A stretch of 64,000 nt of DNA. Source: a virus. Numbering within the stretch: position 1 is the stretch's first letter; every line of letters begins with the position of its first letter. Shown here one piece after another: positions 18,825 through 30,611 of this stretch. The DNA is taken from positions 32,001-96,000 of IMG/VR virus record IMGVR_UViG_3300044797_000101. One strand, given 5' to 3'. The position numbers and the translations under genes are program-made. The notes beneath the pieces were generated by a model. It had not been told where the DNA came from. It saw only the letters and a program-made list of their open reading frames with translations, and searched no databases.

Positions 18825-19397
18825 TCATATTAGTCTTCCAACACTGTATTTAATTAAATGACAGTTCATGCAAACGACGTTGCATTTCTGAAGCTCAGTA
18901 AGTAAGGTTGATGTTTCGCCAAGGATCATCTTAGAGAGCGTTTTATGTCTCGAAGGTGTTTGCCTATAGGAAAACGTCATAGCCACTCTAGGAAATGATC
19001 CCTTACATTCTAGGCACGCTTGAGAGATAGCTTCAGTGACAATCTTCGTATTAATCTCACGAAGAGCATCCTCAACCTGTTTCTGTTCAATGCGACGCTT
19101 CGTGCGTTCCTTACGTGAAACAACCATCTCTAAATATTTTAGGCGATCACCCTTCTTGAGCATGTACATCTCAGTTGTCGATGTACCTTCAGGAATTTTA
19201 GATGAGACCTCATATTTCCCACGACCAGCAGGACGTAAGAATCCACCGATCAACATCATGCTACGATGACCATCAACGGTTCCAGGGGAAATACCTTTGA
19301 CCCTAGCAAATTGTTGAAGATCAGACCGTTTGATAACGTGTCCGATCTCGTGCTTATTTATAAAATCAACGACTTGTTTCCAATAGCTATCGCTCAT
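18825..19397 (-). CDS. Protein with C-terminal HNH-like Cys domain
   Basis: CLECK...KCNVVCMNCH; internal GDRLKYLE. Confidence 0.6.
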   Translation of the reverse strand: MSDSYWKQVVDFINKHEIGHVIKRSDLQQFARVKGISPGTVDGHRSMMLIGGFLRPAGRGKYEVSSKIPEGTSTTEMYMLKKGDRLKYLEMVVSRKERTKRRIEQKQVEDALREINTKIVTEAISQACLECKGSFPRVAMTFSYRQTPSRHKTLSKMILGETSTLLTELQKCNVVCMNCHLIKYSVGRLI

Positions 19398-19593
19398 CGG
19401 CTTTCATCTCCAAGTACTTAAGATTATCCACTGGTGCATAACCTGGACACTTGCGACACGAGCATTCTCCAAAGCCTATCTTCTGATTGTCCATGCCAAA
19501 ATCCCTAACGTTAATATGGAACTTAGCATTATGCGGACAATAGCGACAAGGCTCTTCCGCTAAATACTTAGGATAATCATACCAGCGTTTCAT
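19387..19593 (-). CDS. DNLxYLE-tagged zinc-finger protein
   Basis: CRYCPH...YAPVDNLKYLE. Confidence 0.8.
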   Translation of the reverse strand: MKRWYDYPKYLAEEPCRYCPHNAKFHINVRDFGMDNQKIGFGECSCRKCPGYAPVDNLKYLEMKADER

Positions 19594-19778
19594 TGATTTG
19601 TAAACCCCCCGTCTGAAAGTTTTTCAATAAATAAAAGATTATCAGGTCTAAAGACCTGACATGGACAAATGCTACCATTCTTCTCAACAAAGCCAGCACA
19701 CTGAAACAACCAATCACCATTAAAATTATGTATCTTTTGAGCATGCCCACACTTGCATGGGTACTCTCTACTTAACAT
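19590..19778 (-). CDS. DNLxYLE-tagged zinc-finger protein
   Basis: CKCGH...CPCQVFRPDNLLFIE. Confidence 0.8.
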   Translation of the reverse strand: MLSREYPCKCGHAQKIHNFNGDWLFQCAGFVEKNGSICPCQVFRPDNLLFIEKLSDGGFTNQ

Positions 19779-19977
19779 TGTTTAACAACTCCAACGTCTT
19801 TAGGTTGTCTGGTTCAAAATTTGGGCACATGCAAATCTTTTCATTTGTAGTGGGATTTGGATAATCCTTATACTCAAAACAGATACGACCATTGATCCCA
19901 TATCCCTTGATAGCATCCTCAACGGTTGAGTGCATCTTGTTTCGATGACCACACTTACATATGAAGTTATCGTTCAC
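19768..19977 (-). CDS. DNLxYLE-tagged zinc-finger protein
   Basis: CKCGH...CMCPNFEPDNLKTLE; GTG start reassigned. Confidence 0.75.
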   Translation of the reverse strand: MNDNFICKCGHRNKMHSTVEDAIKGYGINGRICFEYKDYPNPTTNEKICMCPNFEPDNLKTLELLNNVK

Positions 19978-20125
19978 TCTGCATCTCCAGGTATCTAAGA
20001 TTGTCTTGCACATAATCATTACACCTGCAAATTGGTTTACCACAGAACTTAAATACGTTAGTTTCCTCCATAGCATGACATCCTCTCGGATGACCACAGC
20101 TACAGGGATAATCGTTATCTATCAT
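19967..20125 (-). CDS. DNLxYLE-tagged zinc-finger protein (52 aa, below track cutoff)
   Basis: Manual: MIDNDYPCSCGH...CRCNDYVQDNLRYLEMQSER. Confidence 0.8.
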   Translation of the reverse strand: MIDNDYPCSCGHPRGCHAMEETNVFKFCGKPICRCNDYVQDNLRYLEMQSER

Positions 20126-20312
20126 TATTAAGCCTATCCTCTAAGTATCTTAGGTTGTCACCTTTAAATTTAGTACAAATGCTTGCAGCCACCATAAATC
20201 CATTCATGCTTGCGTAAAATCCTTTGTCAGCCCAACAGATTGCGCAATGAAGACCAATGATATGATCTTCGTAATTATGATTGCAGTTTTTGCACGGATA
20301 CAGTAGGTCCAA
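20115..20312 (-). CDS. DNLxYLE-tagged zinc-finger protein
   Basis: CKNCNH...FKGDNLRYLE. Confidence 0.8.
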   Translation of the reverse strand: MDLLYPCKNCNHNYEDHIIGLHCAICWADKGFYASMNGFMVAASICTKFKGDNLRYLEDRLNNDR

Positions 20313-20457
20313 TTGCCTTCTCCAGTGTCAACAGATTGTCTGGTTTAAACTCATCACAAAGGCACATGAAGCATCCAGCATATTGCCACGCTATGCTCTC
20401 TTTAAAGTTATGATTGAACTCCTCGTGCGAGCACTTACAAATGCGTACGATCTGCAC
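20275..20457 (-). CDS. DNLxYLE-tagged zinc-finger protein
   Basis: CKCSH...CLCDEFKPDNLLTLE. Confidence 0.8.
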   Translation of the reverse strand: MQIVRICKCSHEEFNHNFKESIAWQYAGCFMCLCDEFKPDNLLTLEKAIGPTVSVQKLQS

Positions 20458-20596
20458 TTGAATACTCCAATGATTTGAGGTTGTTCATAAAGAACTTAGT
20501 GCAAGTACAAAAGCCACATTCTAATACTAGATCTTGTCTATAATAATGATGCATCCAATCAGGATGGTTGCAATCACACACTCTTGTTATTAACAC
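20435..20596 (-). CDS. DNLxYLE-tagged zinc-finger protein (53 aa, below track cutoff)
   Basis: Manual: VLITRVCDCNH...CTCTKFFMNNLKSLEY. Confidence 0.75.
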   Translation of the reverse strand: MLITRVCDCNHPDWMHHYYRQDLVLECGFCTCTKFFMNNLKSLEYSSADRTHL

Positions 20597-20768
20597 TTAA
20601 TGCCTCAAGGTATTTAAGATTGTCTAATTTAAAATTATGAGAGGAAGCTTTAAATCGTAACGAGAATCGAGGATACTTACCAGCATTCCAACAGGCAAGA
20701 CAACCACTTGCTCCGTGGCGATCGTGTTCATGACCGCAAATACAGATATTAGATTCGGAGTGACTCAA
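20574..20768 (-). CDS. DNLxYLE-tagged zinc-finger protein
   Basis: CICGH...HNFKLDNLKYLE. Confidence 0.8.
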   Translation of the reverse strand: MSHSESNICICGHEHDRHGASGCLACWNAGKYPRFSLRFKASSHNFKLDNLKYLEALSVNNKSV

Positions 20769-21189
20769 GGCTATTCACCATAGGAACACCGTAGCGTTTA
20801 CAAACAATATCTACGTTGCCCTTACGCCAAAAGCCATCAGGACAACAAACGGTGAGTTTACCTGATCGTGCATGAAGTCCCAATTCCATTAAGGATATTG
20901 GGGATTTTGTGGTAGGATCGAAATACATTACAATATTGGTGGCATCTTCCATAGCAGTTAGTTCCCAATCAACCTGCTGTCTAAATTGGGGATTCTCAAT
21001 AGTCTGCACCCAGCATGAATCCCAATCATCCCTACGAGGATTAAGGATCAATCCTTCTCTGTCCTCAAGCGCTTTAGATAGACGAGATTGCCAGTTGTCA
21101 GCCTTACCCATCTCTATTGAACCTGCAAGAAAGATGCGCTGCTGCTTCGGGATTAGCAGATAAGTATTAGGTGCTTTGATCTCAATCAT
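20749..21189 (-). CDS. Nucleoside 2-deoxyribosyltransferase-like protein
   Basis: IFLAGSI, NPRRDDW, QVDWE, SPISLMELG. Confidence 0.85.
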   Translation of the reverse strand: MIEIKAPNTYLLIPKQQRIFLAGSIEMGKADNWQSRLSKALEDREGLILNPRRDDWDSCWVQTIENPQFRQQVDWELTAMEDATNIVMYFDPTTKSPISLMELGLHARSGKLTVCCPDGFWRKGNVDIVCKRYGVPMVNSLESLRI

Positions 21190-21300
21190 ATATTACCCAT
21201 TTATGACTTCCACAAACTTTACACGCACCTGATGAAGACGTTGGATCTTCAGAGACAGGATCAAATGGTATTTTCATTCCGCACTCTTTACAGAAGAATG

Positions 21301-21543
21301 TCATTTAAGCAAGCCAGCCTCACGAAGACGTTCGTCTTCTTTAAGCTTTGTAAGATCATCATGCTGAGCTGTAATAGCATCATCATGATCTCCAACCCAA
21401 GATTGAAGTGTAGCTAAAGCTGCTTCACCTTTTTCAATGCGTCCCACGAAATACCAAGCTTCTGTAACAGCCGTACTAGCTAACGTGCCAATCAGTGAGA
21501 TTAGAAACCAATACTTACTTATAAGCTTAAAGATCTTTTCCAT
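21301..21543 (-). CDS. Small TM plus coiled-coil protein
   Basis: N-terminal hydrophobic helix followed by heptads. Confidence 0.55.
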   Translation of the reverse strand: MEKIFKLISKYWFLISLIGTLASTAVTEAWYFVGRIEKGEAALATLQSWVGDHDDAITAQHDDLTKLKEDERLREAGLLK

Positions 21544-22124
21544 TAAAAGAAATCTCCTGCATGATCTCCACCAAAGAACCCATCATCTTCCATATCCTCA
21601 TCTTCATAATCATAACGATCTGGATAGCTAACAACAGGAGCTGGATTCGATCCACCACGTTTAGTGTACTTACACTCTGGAAACTCAGAGCAACCAAGGA
21701 ATGTATTACCAGTTAAGCTATTAACTCGTTCTACTAGAAACCCACCATCTTTATCTTCTGGACATCTTTCAGCCCTATCACATTCTTGAATAGGTGGATC
21801 AATTTCATCGTGTGAAGGATCTCCACATGGACCATCTGAAATATCTACAACATCACATGAGTGATCGTAGACCTGAGGAGCAACAGGTTCTTCAACTGCC
21901 CTAAGTCTACGTGCATTCTCTAGATGATGAGACAAGATCTCAACTGAATCAGGCCAAGATCCATCAAGCACTGCTGCTTTATAACTAAGCTCTTCCTCTG
22001 CATTCCAACGGCTATCGAAGACGGACTCGAACCATTCACGATGCTCTAATGGAATTAGGGGAAGGACATGCTTAAATCGTTTATAATCGATACAGAATTT
22101 ACATTGACATGGTTTATCGCTCAT
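21543..22124 (-). CDS. Protein with topoisomerase C4 zinc ribbon
   Basis: CPED...LVER...GNTFLGCSEFPECKYT. Confidence 0.7.
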   Translation of the reverse strand: MSDKPCQCKFCIDYKRFKHVLPLIPLEHREWFESVFDSRWNAEEELSYKAAVLDGSWPDSVEILSHHLENARRLRAVEEPVAPQVYDHSCDVVDISDGPCGDPSHDEIDPPIQECDRAERCPEDKDGGFLVERVNSLTGNTFLGCSEFPECKYTKRGGSNPAPVVSYPDRYDYEDEDMEDDGFFGGDHAGDFF

Positions 22125-23802
22125 TGGATTATCCCTTGTTTTCGTTGTTCAGTTAAGATATTAGCGTATTGCCAACCAAGCTTACTGAGTGCTGCGTCAA
22201 TGGCATGAAACGACGTATACAGCTCTAGCTTCATCGCTCGTTGCTTAAGAGCTGATAGATCATAGATAAGCTCATTAATAGCGAGGTTGCGAGCTGCTAA
22301 TGCTTTCTTTTCTTTAGCTGTCCACTTTTTCATTTGCTTATCGTTCTCCCAATTAACCAAGATCCACCAATAACTATGGCAAGCAGTGGAAACCACAATG
22401 TTTTTATCATCAGTAAAAAGGCTACCACGTAAAGTGTGAAGAAAGCTAAGCCCTTTAAAATGTATTTAAGATCTTTCATTGCGTGCCTTCTCTCTTGCAA
22501 GTTGAGTTGCTTTACGTACCCGTTCCTTCTCTTCTTCTAAAGCAAGTTCATGTAAGCAATTCTCAATTTGATTATAAACTATTCTTTGAGTCTCACCTGA
22601 AAAGTGCATTCCTTCATTAACTCTAAGATCATGTGCAACAAATCGTGAACCATCGTGTTCAAGGTAAAACCCATCCCACATATAAAGATGATATGCTGGA
22701 ATCTCTTCTACTATCACAGACTTGTATTCACCACTCAGCATCATCTTTGATACATCTATATTATATAACGCATATTCTCTAATAACAACAGAACTCTTTT
22801 CACCATTCTTATCTACTGTAATCAAATGAAGAGGTTTATAGGTATTCATTTATCAAACAGGATATGCAAGCCAACATACACTGCTCCTCCGATTAGTACT
22901 ACTGCAGCAATTGCTGTTGTGCTATCCATTAATCACGATCTAATGAGACCTTAAAAAAGGGAAAGCCATGAAGTGAATCAATCATCCAATGTCTATCACA
23001 GGGACAAACAGCTTCAAAGACAGTTGCACCGCTCACGATATCAATGAACAAGCTATGCAATATCTTCATTCGCCAATGAAAATTCATCCTACAAAGTAGT
23101 GGTGTTTTCATTTACCGATGTTCTTTGTTGCTTCTTTAATATATAACACCGTCATTTCATTGTAATCTTTAAGCAGCTTCATATAGCTCTCAAACCAATA
23201 ATCAGTATGTTTCTTATCCATATCCATCAATGGTTTGTACAAGCGTTCAATTTTAGATGATCCAAGTGCAATACCAATCAGCAACCCAATGTACAATCCA
23301 ACAAGAAGCCATATGAAGATAATCATCGCACGTATTCCTCAAAGCTTAACTTGCACTTGTGGCATTCATTTCGTAGGTAAGTATTCTTAAGGTATACGAA
23401 GTGATGGATACAAAATACCTCTCGGAAAAACTGCTTCCAGGTCTTAGTTACCTTGGGTTTACATGCTTCACAATCATAATTACTCATTAGTATCTCCTAC
23501 CTTATGTTCGTTGATCATTGTCCACTTGCCATCGATCTTCGTATATGTTTGAGCTGTCAATCCTAAAATAAACCTTGTGTTATCAGGTACACCGTTTTCT
23601 AAATCATAAGCATGGTTATAAGGTTTAAGATTAGCGACAAACTGGATCGCTTTCTTTTCATCATCAATCTCAACGAAGTGACTCTGACCTTGTGTCTCAA
23701 AGCAATGGAACGTAACATTGGGACTTCCGTGGATATTAGATCCGCACACAACTGGAGTGCGAATAGCTACAGTATACAAGATCGCATAGATGAATACAGG
23801 TG

Positions 23803-24327
23803 TCATATTAGTATCAAGGGTTGATGATACTCTGGATTGAAGTGTTTGATGATCTTAAAGGCATCCTGCATGTTTAACCCGATCCAGGAATCCGTTAGGT
23901 ATTGGTTGGCAAAATTCTTTTTATCCTCAAGATAGAAGATGGGATGATCATCGACAGCTATCCAAGCTTCTACATCTTTCTGATCTTCAAGCCACCACAT
24001 GATCTCCATGTTACGCGAACTAGAAAATTTACGAGGCGTAATACCAATGAGCCTTGAACTCGGAAGACGGAAGATCTTAAATAGCTCTTTAAACTGAGGA
24101 AGACTAAATTGAGCTCCCCAAGCTGAAGAGATAACGATCTTCAAATCTGGTACCTGCTTAAGGATATACCCGAGCACCCACATATTATTATAATTAACAC
24201 TCTGTTTCATATGAAATAGATCTGCATCACTTAACGTATCAGCAGCTGGTTTTTTCTTATCCATGATAGATAAGAAATGCTGTTTGCTGTTTAGTACGCC
24301 ATCAAAATCTAGGAATAATACTTTCAT
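23803..24327 (-). CDS. HAD-family protein (Swiss-army-knife RNA-repair-like)
   Basis: LFLDFDGVLN, IVISSAW, IAVDD. Confidence 0.85.
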   Translation of the reverse strand: MKVLFLDFDGVLNSKQHFLSIMDKKKPAADTLSDADLFHMKQSVNYNNMWVLGYILKQVPDLKIVISSAWGAQFSLPQFKELFKIFRLPSSRLIGITPRKFSSSRNMEIMWWLEDQKDVEAWIAVDDHPIFYLEDKKNFANQYLTDSWIGLNMQDAFKIIKHFNPEYHQPLILI

Positions 24328-27271
24328 TGGACCCTCGTCGTAGATTTGTAATTAGGATCGTCATACATCCTCATATTACAATCAATCAATGCAATTAAAC
24401 GATCAGGTGTGATAGCACATCCGTACGTCATAAATGTAATCATTCTATCCCCTTAAACCAGAATGCGTCAATCCAATCTGGTGTCATATCTGTCTTAATC
24501 CATTGTCCTGATGAACCCTCTTCGAATACTCTCTTGATCTCTGTCACTGTCATTGTTTGAGTAACCATGAAAGCATACAGTATCATCTGATCAGCTATTT
24601 GCTCATCAAATGGATTATCCTTAAGTTTTACCTTGTCGCCAATTTTAAACATATTAGTGAGTGAGCCTCGCGCCTAGAATGCCTAGGAACATTACAATAA
24701 TTATAACTAAGACCTTTACTGGATCTGGTAAATCTTTAAAGTCTTTCATACCACTTCCGATGCGTAATATTCAGGTCGACTTTCAGACGTTACTACAAAT
24801 TTCTTAATTAAACCATCGGGACATTTGATAGTGACATCCACTTCAGACCCGCCTGCGCATGTGTAATCACCTTCTGCATCCCATTCTTCTACAGCTTTTT
24901 GGGCTGCATCCTCAGCGTCATGAGCATTGATTTTCATGGCATCCTCTTCAAAATCATCACCATGATAATCCTTAATCAAGACTAAATAAATTGGAGGGCA
25001 TTTATGATGTTCAGGGAATGACATGTAAGCGTGGCATGTATTACAGAATGATGAACTCATTTGAACCACGCTGTCCAATACATGAACAACCCTGTTTCAG
25101 GATCAGTCATTTCATGTAGTGTTGCCAACGCAATCTTGTTATCAACTGGATGAGTAGCACCAGTGTTCTTATCAACTGCAACCAATTTCTTGTTAGCTTT
25201 CAATGCTTTGGCTTGACGATCAGTCAATGACATTGAACCACGTTGAAAGTAGAATGAATTCTTGATATTGATCTTCATTTCAATTCTCCTAATAATTTAT
25301 TAACCTTCGCTTCAAGTTTGTCCAGCTTCTTCGTGTGATCTTCTGAGTAATAATCAATCTTATTGGTCAGACTTCTATACTTCCCCCCGAAGCCAAATAA
25401 CCCTTGGAATCTAAATTCCCAACATAGGTTCTGATCTTCATCATCCGTATGAACAAAGACAAAGTTGTTACGTAATGATTCAGGAGCACCAGCGTGAGTC
25501 ACTAAGATATCATATACCATATTTGCTGTAATAAGTGAAAGTCTTTTTCCTCTCATTTGAGCACCACAACAGCCATGTATTTACAATCGGTGCAAATCTT
25601 CTTTTGGCGAGATTCGATCTCTGAATATATCGGATCACCGCCATAGGTATGTGTTACATTCATATAGTAAACATCTCCGACATCCTTAAAGACATGCCAA
25701 CCTTCAAAGCGCTCTTCTTTTCCACAGGTTTTACAGGTATGATAACGATAGCAAGGACGATGCTTCATCTCTTCAATCTTACGAGTATTCCAGTTGTGGA
25801 AACCTAATATACAGAACAATTTCATTATTCTATCCCCACAAATTCATTGTTATCTACTTCAACCTCGGTAAGATCTTCTTCGTTCTTAACGCCTGCTTCT
25901 TTAGCTTTCTCAACGGAGGAGAAGATCTTTACAGATGGATATGGAAAAGGACCACCGCAACACTCTGGATCACTGCAGCTATTATCATCATCCATATAGC
26001 AGACGTATACCTTCATTGTTTTTCCTCGGCTGGAGCGAATCCGATATTCAGGCCATCATCACCATCACGAGTAACTGTAAGCTCACCTTCTGTATACGAT
26101 TTGATCAAGGCTAACACATGGGAATAATCGGCATACACAATGCCATTGATCTTTGTTTTAGCCATACCAAACAAAGCGATTTGAATCTGATCGAACTCTC
26201 TCGGTGTTAGCATTTTACCATCCCCACTTTTTAGTAGTGTCATAAAAAGCTTGTTCAGGATCAATAGGCTCAATCGTATCTTGATCTACTTCTCCAGTAG
26301 CATCACAGCGATCACAAGGCAATGTCGCTGGATGACCTAATGCACTATGTCCAAAAATACCCTTGTGTCCATCACAACGAGGACATTTCACAAAGATCTT
26401 TCGTTTACGTAGGATAGAATCATTCATCGTAATGCCTCCAATAGATTTACGAGATAATGCCGTTTAAGTTTAAGATTGACTGCAGTCAAAAGCTCTTTGA
26501 CATACTTGTTCTTTAAATCCTTCTTGACAAGTTTAAGCGCCTTGGTTAATGATAATGCTGTATCAGTAAAGAATACCACGCGATCACCAATCCCACCACG
26601 ACGATCAGGTACCCAACTAAAATTATAGGAATCAATACGACCTGGAACACAGTATCGACTTATTGAAGCTCCATGATCTGTTATATGGATGGATAGATAT
26701 TGATGACCCCATTTTGTTCTAGCTACAAGGGTATTGTCAGAGTATAGCGTTTTATCTTCGTGATTGTAATCGATAGTTAAGCTCATAAGAAGTTCTCCAA
26801 TATAGTACCGAGGACAAAGAACAGACCAAGTGTTTCAAAGCCTACATTTGTACCATAGACAATGCCAACAGCTAATGACAAGTCCACTGTTCCTGATGGA
26901 CATGTGATAGTAAACTTATGTTCTTTTTTCATAATCCTAACCTATCACATAATTGCAAGATATAATAAGCCTCAATGAATAAGAAGCATACAAAGCTCGC
27001 AAGCTTCTCAAAGATATTAACCTTTTGTGAGCTAACAATCAAAGCTTCAGCATATAAGAAGAAGCACATCGCTGCCACAACGAATAAGGTTAGCATTAAC
27101 GTTTGACCTCTCTAAGAAATTGTAGATGCGCCTCATCGTACTTCATCATACCTTTTGGATATGGGAACTTAATGAACACACGAGTCTTAAGGATGTTATC
27201 CACGACTCCGACACCCCAATCAGGGTACCAAGTGTCTTCGACTTTCGTTCCAAAATCTAGCTCTTCAATGT

Positions 27272-27451
27272 TCATTGGTTAATGTGAACCGTATCAATGC
27301 TATTGATATTAATATAATAGTTTGAGCCTGCATCAGCAAACACCAAGATCGAATTAGGAACATCAATGCTGATGATGGTTCCAGTAAACAGTCTACCGTG
27401 AATCAATAGATCCAACGATTTACCGACTAATGTTTGTAATAGGTTAAGCAT
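27272..27451 (-). CDS. Small protein, possible Sm/LSm-like fold (59 aa)
   Basis: Manual: MLNLLQTLVGKSLDLLIHGRLFTGTIISID...YYININSIDTV. Confidence 0.55.
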   Translation of the reverse strand: MLNLLQTLVGKSLDLLIHGRLFTGTIISIDVPNSILVFADAGSNYYININSIDTVHINQ

Positions 27452-27462
27452 ATATCCTCTTT

Positions 27463-27491
27463 ATTATAACAGGTATTTGGGGTTTTGTAAA
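27463..27491 (-). promoter_or_regulatory. Sigma70-type promoter
   Basis: TTTACA-17-TATAAT with TG extension. Confidence 0.8.
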
Positions 27492-27725
27492 CCCCCTATT
27501 TTAATGTTTATTTGGAGAGACAGGTTCAACCTTTACAGTTGTCACTGTCTTTAAAGCATCAGCAAAGGCTGACTCTTCATCTGCTCCATAACCTGCTACG
27601 ATGCGACCATTGCTATGTCTTACACCAACAAACCACTTTCCCCATGATACAACTGGGGAAGCAGTGGAATGCTGGACTTCGAAACCTAGAGCAACCAATT
27701 CTTCTTTGCTTGCCATAATATCTCC

Positions 27726-28232
27726 TTACTGCGCTGCGTATTCGCCTGCAGCTCGTAATTTAAAAGGACTCACAATAACGCGTGGCTCAACATAGAGAGG
27801 AGCGATATTGCCTTTCTGAGTAGGATCGATGCATGTAACCCATGTTCCCTCAGCATTAGCTGGCATAAACAATCCGTTTGGTTCTGCTTGTGGGATTGTA
27901 ACGTTCGTTCCCCAATTAGCTTCTTTCATTGGGTTAGAGAATTGCGTTGCGTAAGGAACTCCATACCCAATGCTATCGCACAAGTGCCAAAGCTTTCCAT
28001 TCATGTCAGGGATATATGAGTAGGTAGCAATGTTCTGATCACGAAGCTCATACAGCTTACGGACAAGCTTAAGCTCAGTGTAGTTGGTGATACCAGGCAA
28101 TCCTACTTGAGCGACCGCTTGCTGCTGCATTCCTTCTTGCTGCTGTTGAACCTTCTGATCAGCTGATTGATCACAACCAGTGACAATAATAACTCCAACC
28201 AATCCCATCATCATTAATAGTATACGATTCAT
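27726..28232 (-). CDS. Phage lipoprotein
   Basis: IIVTGC lipobox; SIGYGVPYATQFSNP...QAEPNGLF. Confidence 0.75.
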   Translation of the reverse strand: MNRILLMMMGLVGVIIVTGCDQSADQKVQQQQEGMQQQAVAQVGLPGITNYTELKLVRKLYELRDQNIATYSYIPDMNGKLWHLCDSIGYGVPYATQFSNPMKEANWGTNVTIPQAEPNGLFMPANAEGTWVTCIDPTQKGNIAPLYVEPRVIVSPFKLRAAGEYAAQ

Positions 28233-28558
28233 TGTAAGCTCCTTATGAATACTTGAAGATCGATAGGCAATAAAGAATTATCAATCGTGGAAGCTTCAGA
28301 CAAGATCAAGGTACGAAGTGCAGCGCGTTGATTCGTATCCGATGATTCTTGATATTGAAAACGCAAGTGACAGAGGTACTCTACTTTTCCTTCAACATAA
28401 CTCTGTGTATGTTCAAACACGTTACGTTGTGCATTCGCATACTTGGGTGCCCAGAATTTAAAGCTATTGTAATCATAGCCTGTAAAGATAAAGCCCAGTA
28501 CAAAGATCCCAACCAATGCTACCAATCCTAACAACACTGCTTTAAGTTCATCCATCAT
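28229..28558 (-). CDS. Membrane protein adjacent to the lipoprotein
   Basis: N-terminal TM; RNVFEHTQSYVEG; ATGA overlap. Confidence 0.7.
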   Translation of the reverse strand: MMDELKAVLLGLVALVGIFVLGFIFTGYDYNSFKFWAPKYANAQRNVFEHTQSYVEGKVEYLCHLRFQYQESSDTNQRAALRTLILSEASTIDNSLLPIDLQVFIRSLQ

Positions 28559-30113
28559 AATCTCCTTATCGTTTATTATCCTAAATCCTGCATAGTTATT
28601 TTAGTAAGTGCTGCCGCCAAATATGTAGGCGATATCTGTAAGTATTCAGCTAATCGTTTAATGATCTCTTCACCTTCAAGCTTTGTTGTCCCACAAGCGT
28701 CAAATGCCATATTAGAATCCTACCTGAATTCGAGTAGGTCCACCTGGTCCAAGCTCTCTTAAGATCTCTTGAATCTCCTGCTCTTCTTTTGCTTTCTTAG
28801 CAATATATGCCTTACGTTGCTTTGGAGTCATAGCCTCGAACTTAGCTTTTTCAGCTGCAGCTTTGTCCAGTAAACCATTTAGTACTTGATCAAATGTCAT
28901 AGCTGGAACAGAAATAGGAATTGCTTTATTTACTACTTTCTTTTTAGCCATTTAAAATCTCCTTAGTAAATGTATCTAGAGTAAATCCAACGCATTGACA
29001 TTCAATACAATTAAAGTTCTCATCATTGCCATGAGATAAGTTTGAATGACCACACCAACAATTACCTGCATCATTAGTATAAGGCCAACCCGTTAAGGTA
29101 AGCAATGCTGCAGCTTCTGAAATCTCTTGGAGCGTATCTTCGTTCACGTTAGAATCCATACTTATCCTTCCCATTATAGATAGGCACAAATGGAACGCCT
29201 AGGTTAGGTTTCTTATCATCTGGCAATAGCATATACTCGTGAAAGCATTTGTCACAACGACCTAAAAAGTCTAGGTCCTTCGCTTCGAATTCACCTTTAC
29301 ACATTACACAAGGTTTCATCTTAATCACAATGCTTTCTTTCTCAAGATAGCAAGCTCACACACGAGCTCTTGAATTTGCTCAGGAGTAAGCTTATTATAT
29401 TCTACCACATGTTCCGCTAATTGTTGAATAGTCATTTCTTGCCTCGTTTAAAGACCAAGAGCAGTCCAGGTTGTCTTACCATTCCCTTCTTGCACCGTTT
29501 ACGTTTAGGCGCGTTACAAATCTTATGAGCACCATTCAAGCAATTATAGCATTGCGTTCCATTATAATTAGTACACAAGCAAGGATGAATCATTGTAGTT
29601 CCTTAACTCCTGATAGATCCTCGTTCACATCGCCTCGACCAATGTTTCTATTCCAAATCAAGTACGTAAGCATGTCAGCAATTTGAGCCTCTGCTTCTTC
29701 TTCAGTTTTAGTAGACCATACTTGAGGTTCGCCATCCTTCATCTTATCCCCTCGAGCGTAGCTTAAAACCTCATTATCTTGTGTAATCTCATATCTATTA
29801 TTAGCCCATTCTAACCAAACATTGAGCTCTTCTAAAGAAATTCCGAGTTTATTTTCAGTATATTGTAAGCAACCTTGTAGACGTTCCTCAATGCTTTTGC
29901 GTTGCGCTGTTGTCCAGGGTTTAACAATACGTGAAGGTGAAGCAAACGTCCATTCACGTTTGAACTCAGCTTCCCATTGTTTCGTAAACGCTTCAATGTG
30001 CGCAGCACGAATAGCTGCTGTTGCTTCTTGTCGAGGTTTAAGCTCCACACCGCTATAAACATAGACCTTTGCCTCTTGATACAGGTTGCGTTCTAATGGG
30101 GTTGCAAATTCCG

Positions 30114-30389
30114 TTACCATGACTCCACCAAATCCTTTGCTTCCTTCAATCCCAAACCAGTCCTCTCACGAACTGATCTGATTGTTGGAATGAATTGCTG
30201 ACTGCTACGTCCACCTGCTTGCTTAAAGTATTCTCTTAGATCATGCAAAGGATCGTCAACCTTCTCGCCAAGCTTCACATGCTCTTCATTCAGCATACCA
30301 AGTAGAATATCACGATTGCGTTTACTAATCAACCTGAATTCTCTTAATGCAACCTGCATACTCTCAAGATCTTTTAATGAATCAGCCAT
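30114..30389 (-). CDS. Ribosomal protein L7/L12 C-terminal-like domain protein
   Basis: IRSVRERTGLGLKEAKDLVES. Confidence 0.8.
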   Translation of the reverse strand: MADSLKDLESMQVALREFRLISKRNRDILLGMLNEEHVKLGEKVDDPLHDLREYFKQAGGRSSQQFIPTIRSVRERTGLGLKEAKDLVESW

Positions 30390-30611
30390 TGGATAATACC
30401 TCCTTGCGATAGAGTGAACGTAGCAACGGATCAGGAGCAGACGTCACAACCTCACGGATGAATCGACCTTGTACTGTATCTTTAAGCCGTTCCCAATTAA
30501 AGGAATCCCAAAGATAACCGGCAGCTTCATGGATGCACTCACGATTATTAGCCGACTCATTGGCTATGTTACGAACCAAATTATTAAAGTCTTGATCGTC
30601 ACGAACCATTG

